The translations under genes were made by a program, and so were the position numbers. The notes under the pieces were generated by a model. That model was given only the letters and a program-made list of their open reading frames with translations, made no database searches and was not told the DNA's origin. From Chthoniobacteraceae bacterium (GTDB lineage Bacteria; Verrucomicrobiota; Verrucomicrobiia; Chthoniobacterales; Chthoniobacteraceae), in the NCBI GenBank assembly GCA_031409655.1, contig JANNXQ010000029.1, forward strand, positions 1-64,000: 64,000 bases of DNA. The letters are read 5' to 3'. Shown one piece after another: positions 62,520 through 64,000 of the stretch. Positions within the stretch are counted from its first letter, which is position 1, and the number at the start of each line of letters is the position of its first letter.

Positions 62520-62776
62520 TCTCGCCCCTTCGGCGAGGGCGACGGTGATCTCTTTGGCGTGGACATCGAGTCCGACGAATCGTACTTTTTTGCTCATGGT
62601 GTGCTTGTTGTTCGAGTTTGGCATAATCATTGGTGACGCCGCTCCAGCGGTGCTCCCGCATCTGCGGCAAGGCCCCGATTTATCCGGGCAACCCGCGCTT
62701 CGCCACTCCTTCAAGCACACCGCTTCTCTTTTTCAGAAAACGGGACGCTCACAGAGAGGGCAGCCATAAGGTCTAG
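62520..62776 (-). mobile_element. Truncated IS110-family element (left end and first ~26 codons)
   Basis: ATG at 62597: MSKKVRFVGLDVHAKEITVALAEG (DEDD N-terminus); ~175-nt non-coding left end starting at CTAG. Confidence 0.7.
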
Positions 62777-62790
62777 GCGACTTCCACCTC

Positions 62791-63411
62791 ATGCGTGCGA
62801 TTTACATTCTTCTGTCATTGTTTGTGGCCGGTTGCGCGACTGGCACACGACACGACGCAACTCATAACGCCCCGATTGTCCCGATGATCGACGATCACGG
62901 CAGATCAGTAGGCTGTAGCTGGTATTGCGGTGCTCCGCCGGTCATTGTCACTGCCTCCAGCACGTTGCGCGACGGTATCTACTCCTACGATCCCCAGAAC
63001 ATCCACGACACCAAGAAGTCCACTGTGTGGGCAGAGGGCGATCCGGGGGTGGGCGTCGGAACACGCATCACGTTTACTTTCGACTGCTCAGCCGAGTCGT
63101 ATCGCGATATCCCCCAACCTGACGGCATCGACAGTTTTTCTTTCATCAACGGCTTTGCACGCAGTCGCGATCTTTGGACCGCAAACTCCCGCGTGAGGAC
63201 ATTCCGCTTGTCATTCAACGGGCGGGCAGTTGGCTCATACGAGGTAGCGGACACCGCAGAGCCTCAACGGGTCATGCTGCCGAAGCTCACCTTCCAACCC
63301 GGGCGCAAGAACCGATTGATCTTTGAGATCGCTGCCGTGTATCCAGGCAATACTAACGATGACACCTGCATCGCAGACCTCATATTCGACGGCTTTGGTG
63401 CTCGCCACTAA
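62791..63411 (+). CDS. Lipoprotein with a discoidin/NADase-type glycan-binding-like domain, cassette-like
   Basis: Lipobox VAGC; ASSTL, Y.P.N..D....T.WAEG..G.G.G, NGF, NSRV, I..VYPG..DTCI; lower GC than its neighbours. Confidence 0.75.
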   Translation: MRAIYILLSLFVAGCATGTRHDATHNAPIVPMIDDHGRSVGCSWYCGAPPVIVTASSTLRDGIYSYDPQNIHDTKKSTVWAEGDPGVGVGTRITFTFDCSAESYRDIPQPDGIDSFSFINGFARSRDLWTANSRVRTFRLSFNGRAVGSYEVADTAEPQRVMLPKLTFQPGRKNRLIFEIAAVYPGNTNDDTCIADLIFDGFGARH

Positions 63412-63414
63412 GTC

Positions 63415-63578
63415 GCCTAACCCGGAAGGCTGCTTTGCCGCGGAGCCGGCAAGCAACCCTTGTTGAGCAAGCCCGGATAATGCAAAGGCGGGCGTTCGCC
63501 TCGGAGTCTTAACCGCTCGGCCGGCGCGACGGCTCCCTTGCGGATGCCACTTTCTGAGGAAGTGGTCTGCTCAGAGTT
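63415..63578 (+). repeat. ~160-bp conserved element end with attC-like hairpin (63415-63468); copy 2
   Basis: GCCTAAC...GTTGAGC hairpin plus ~110 nt similar to 6402-6510. Confidence 0.8.
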
Positions 63579-63631
63579 ATTAAGGGATTTTGGGTGTCCG
63601 CGGGGTGCGCCTGAGAATCGTGCAGTTTCAT

Positions 63632-63821
63632 CCTCAATCCGGCGATGGGATTTAAAACGCAGAGGCGCAGAGACCGCAGAGGAAGGGAACAAACGCACTT
63701 CTCTGGATGCTCACCCATTGGGTGAACCCATCCGCCGCCTCGATTCCGCTCTCACTCTGCGTCCTCTGCGTCCTCTGCGTCTTTGCGTCTCTGCGTTAAA
63801 AATCCCAATCCCGCTTTCAGG
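63632..63821 (+). repeat. Intact ACGCAGAG-family repeat
   Basis: cctcaatccggcgatgggatttaaaacgcagag...ctctgcgttaaaaatcccaatcccgctttcagg. Confidence 0.85.
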
Positions 63822-63844
63822 TTAAATGTGGAGCAGCGAAGTCT

Positions 63845-64000
63845 GTCGTCCCGGAGGGACGGAAGAGCCGGTGGCGTCAGCCACCGGAACCGCCCGCCGA
63901 GCGAATCCGCCCTGAAGGGGCGGTGGAGTCGCAACGGTGGAATTCCAACGCCCCTGCCGGGGCGGATTCATTTTTGCCGCGATTCGGTGGCTGACGCCAC
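63845..64000. repeat. Cluster of short REP-like palindromes (runs off the window)
   Basis: cgtcccggagggacg, ccggtggcgtcagccaccgg, cgccctgaaggggcg, cgcccctgccggggcg, ggtggctgacgccac. Confidence 0.7.

Overview
GC-rich bacterial DNA, most likely Verrucomicrobia (inferred from PEP-CTERM proteins, A/C-rich leaders without Shine-Dalgarno sites and the repeat families). About 30 kb (28.8-58.6 kb) form a nitrogen-scavenging island: three paralogous outer-membrane beta-barrels, urtABCDE, a stand-alone allophanate-hydrolase C-domain, a divergent NikR-like/cgdA/cgdB/urea(guanidine)-carboxylase operon, an uncharacterised sigma54-type operon (ABC importer, GlnT/GmaS-like ligase, NTF2-like protein, creatininase, Rieske oxygenase, FGE-like protein, TIM barrel) and a urease operon. 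The NikR homologue lacks two of the four Ni ligands and has a NikR-type operator upstream. The left part holds housekeeping genes (acpS, tRNA-Val, hemB, carB, DinG helicase), a pair of signal-peptide-bearing Hcp-fold genes with no T6SS in the window, and TA modules. At 4.8-6.6 kb three mobile layers are nested: an IS91-like relic, split by a palindromic repeat, split in turn by an IS110 whose bridge-RNA guide segments match that repeat and its own end junction. Two unrelated genes 57 kb apart (6.5-7.3 kb and 62.8-63.4 kb) look like integron cassettes joined to the same ~160-bp element end with an attC-like hairpin. All family assignments are from recalled motifs; no searches were run.
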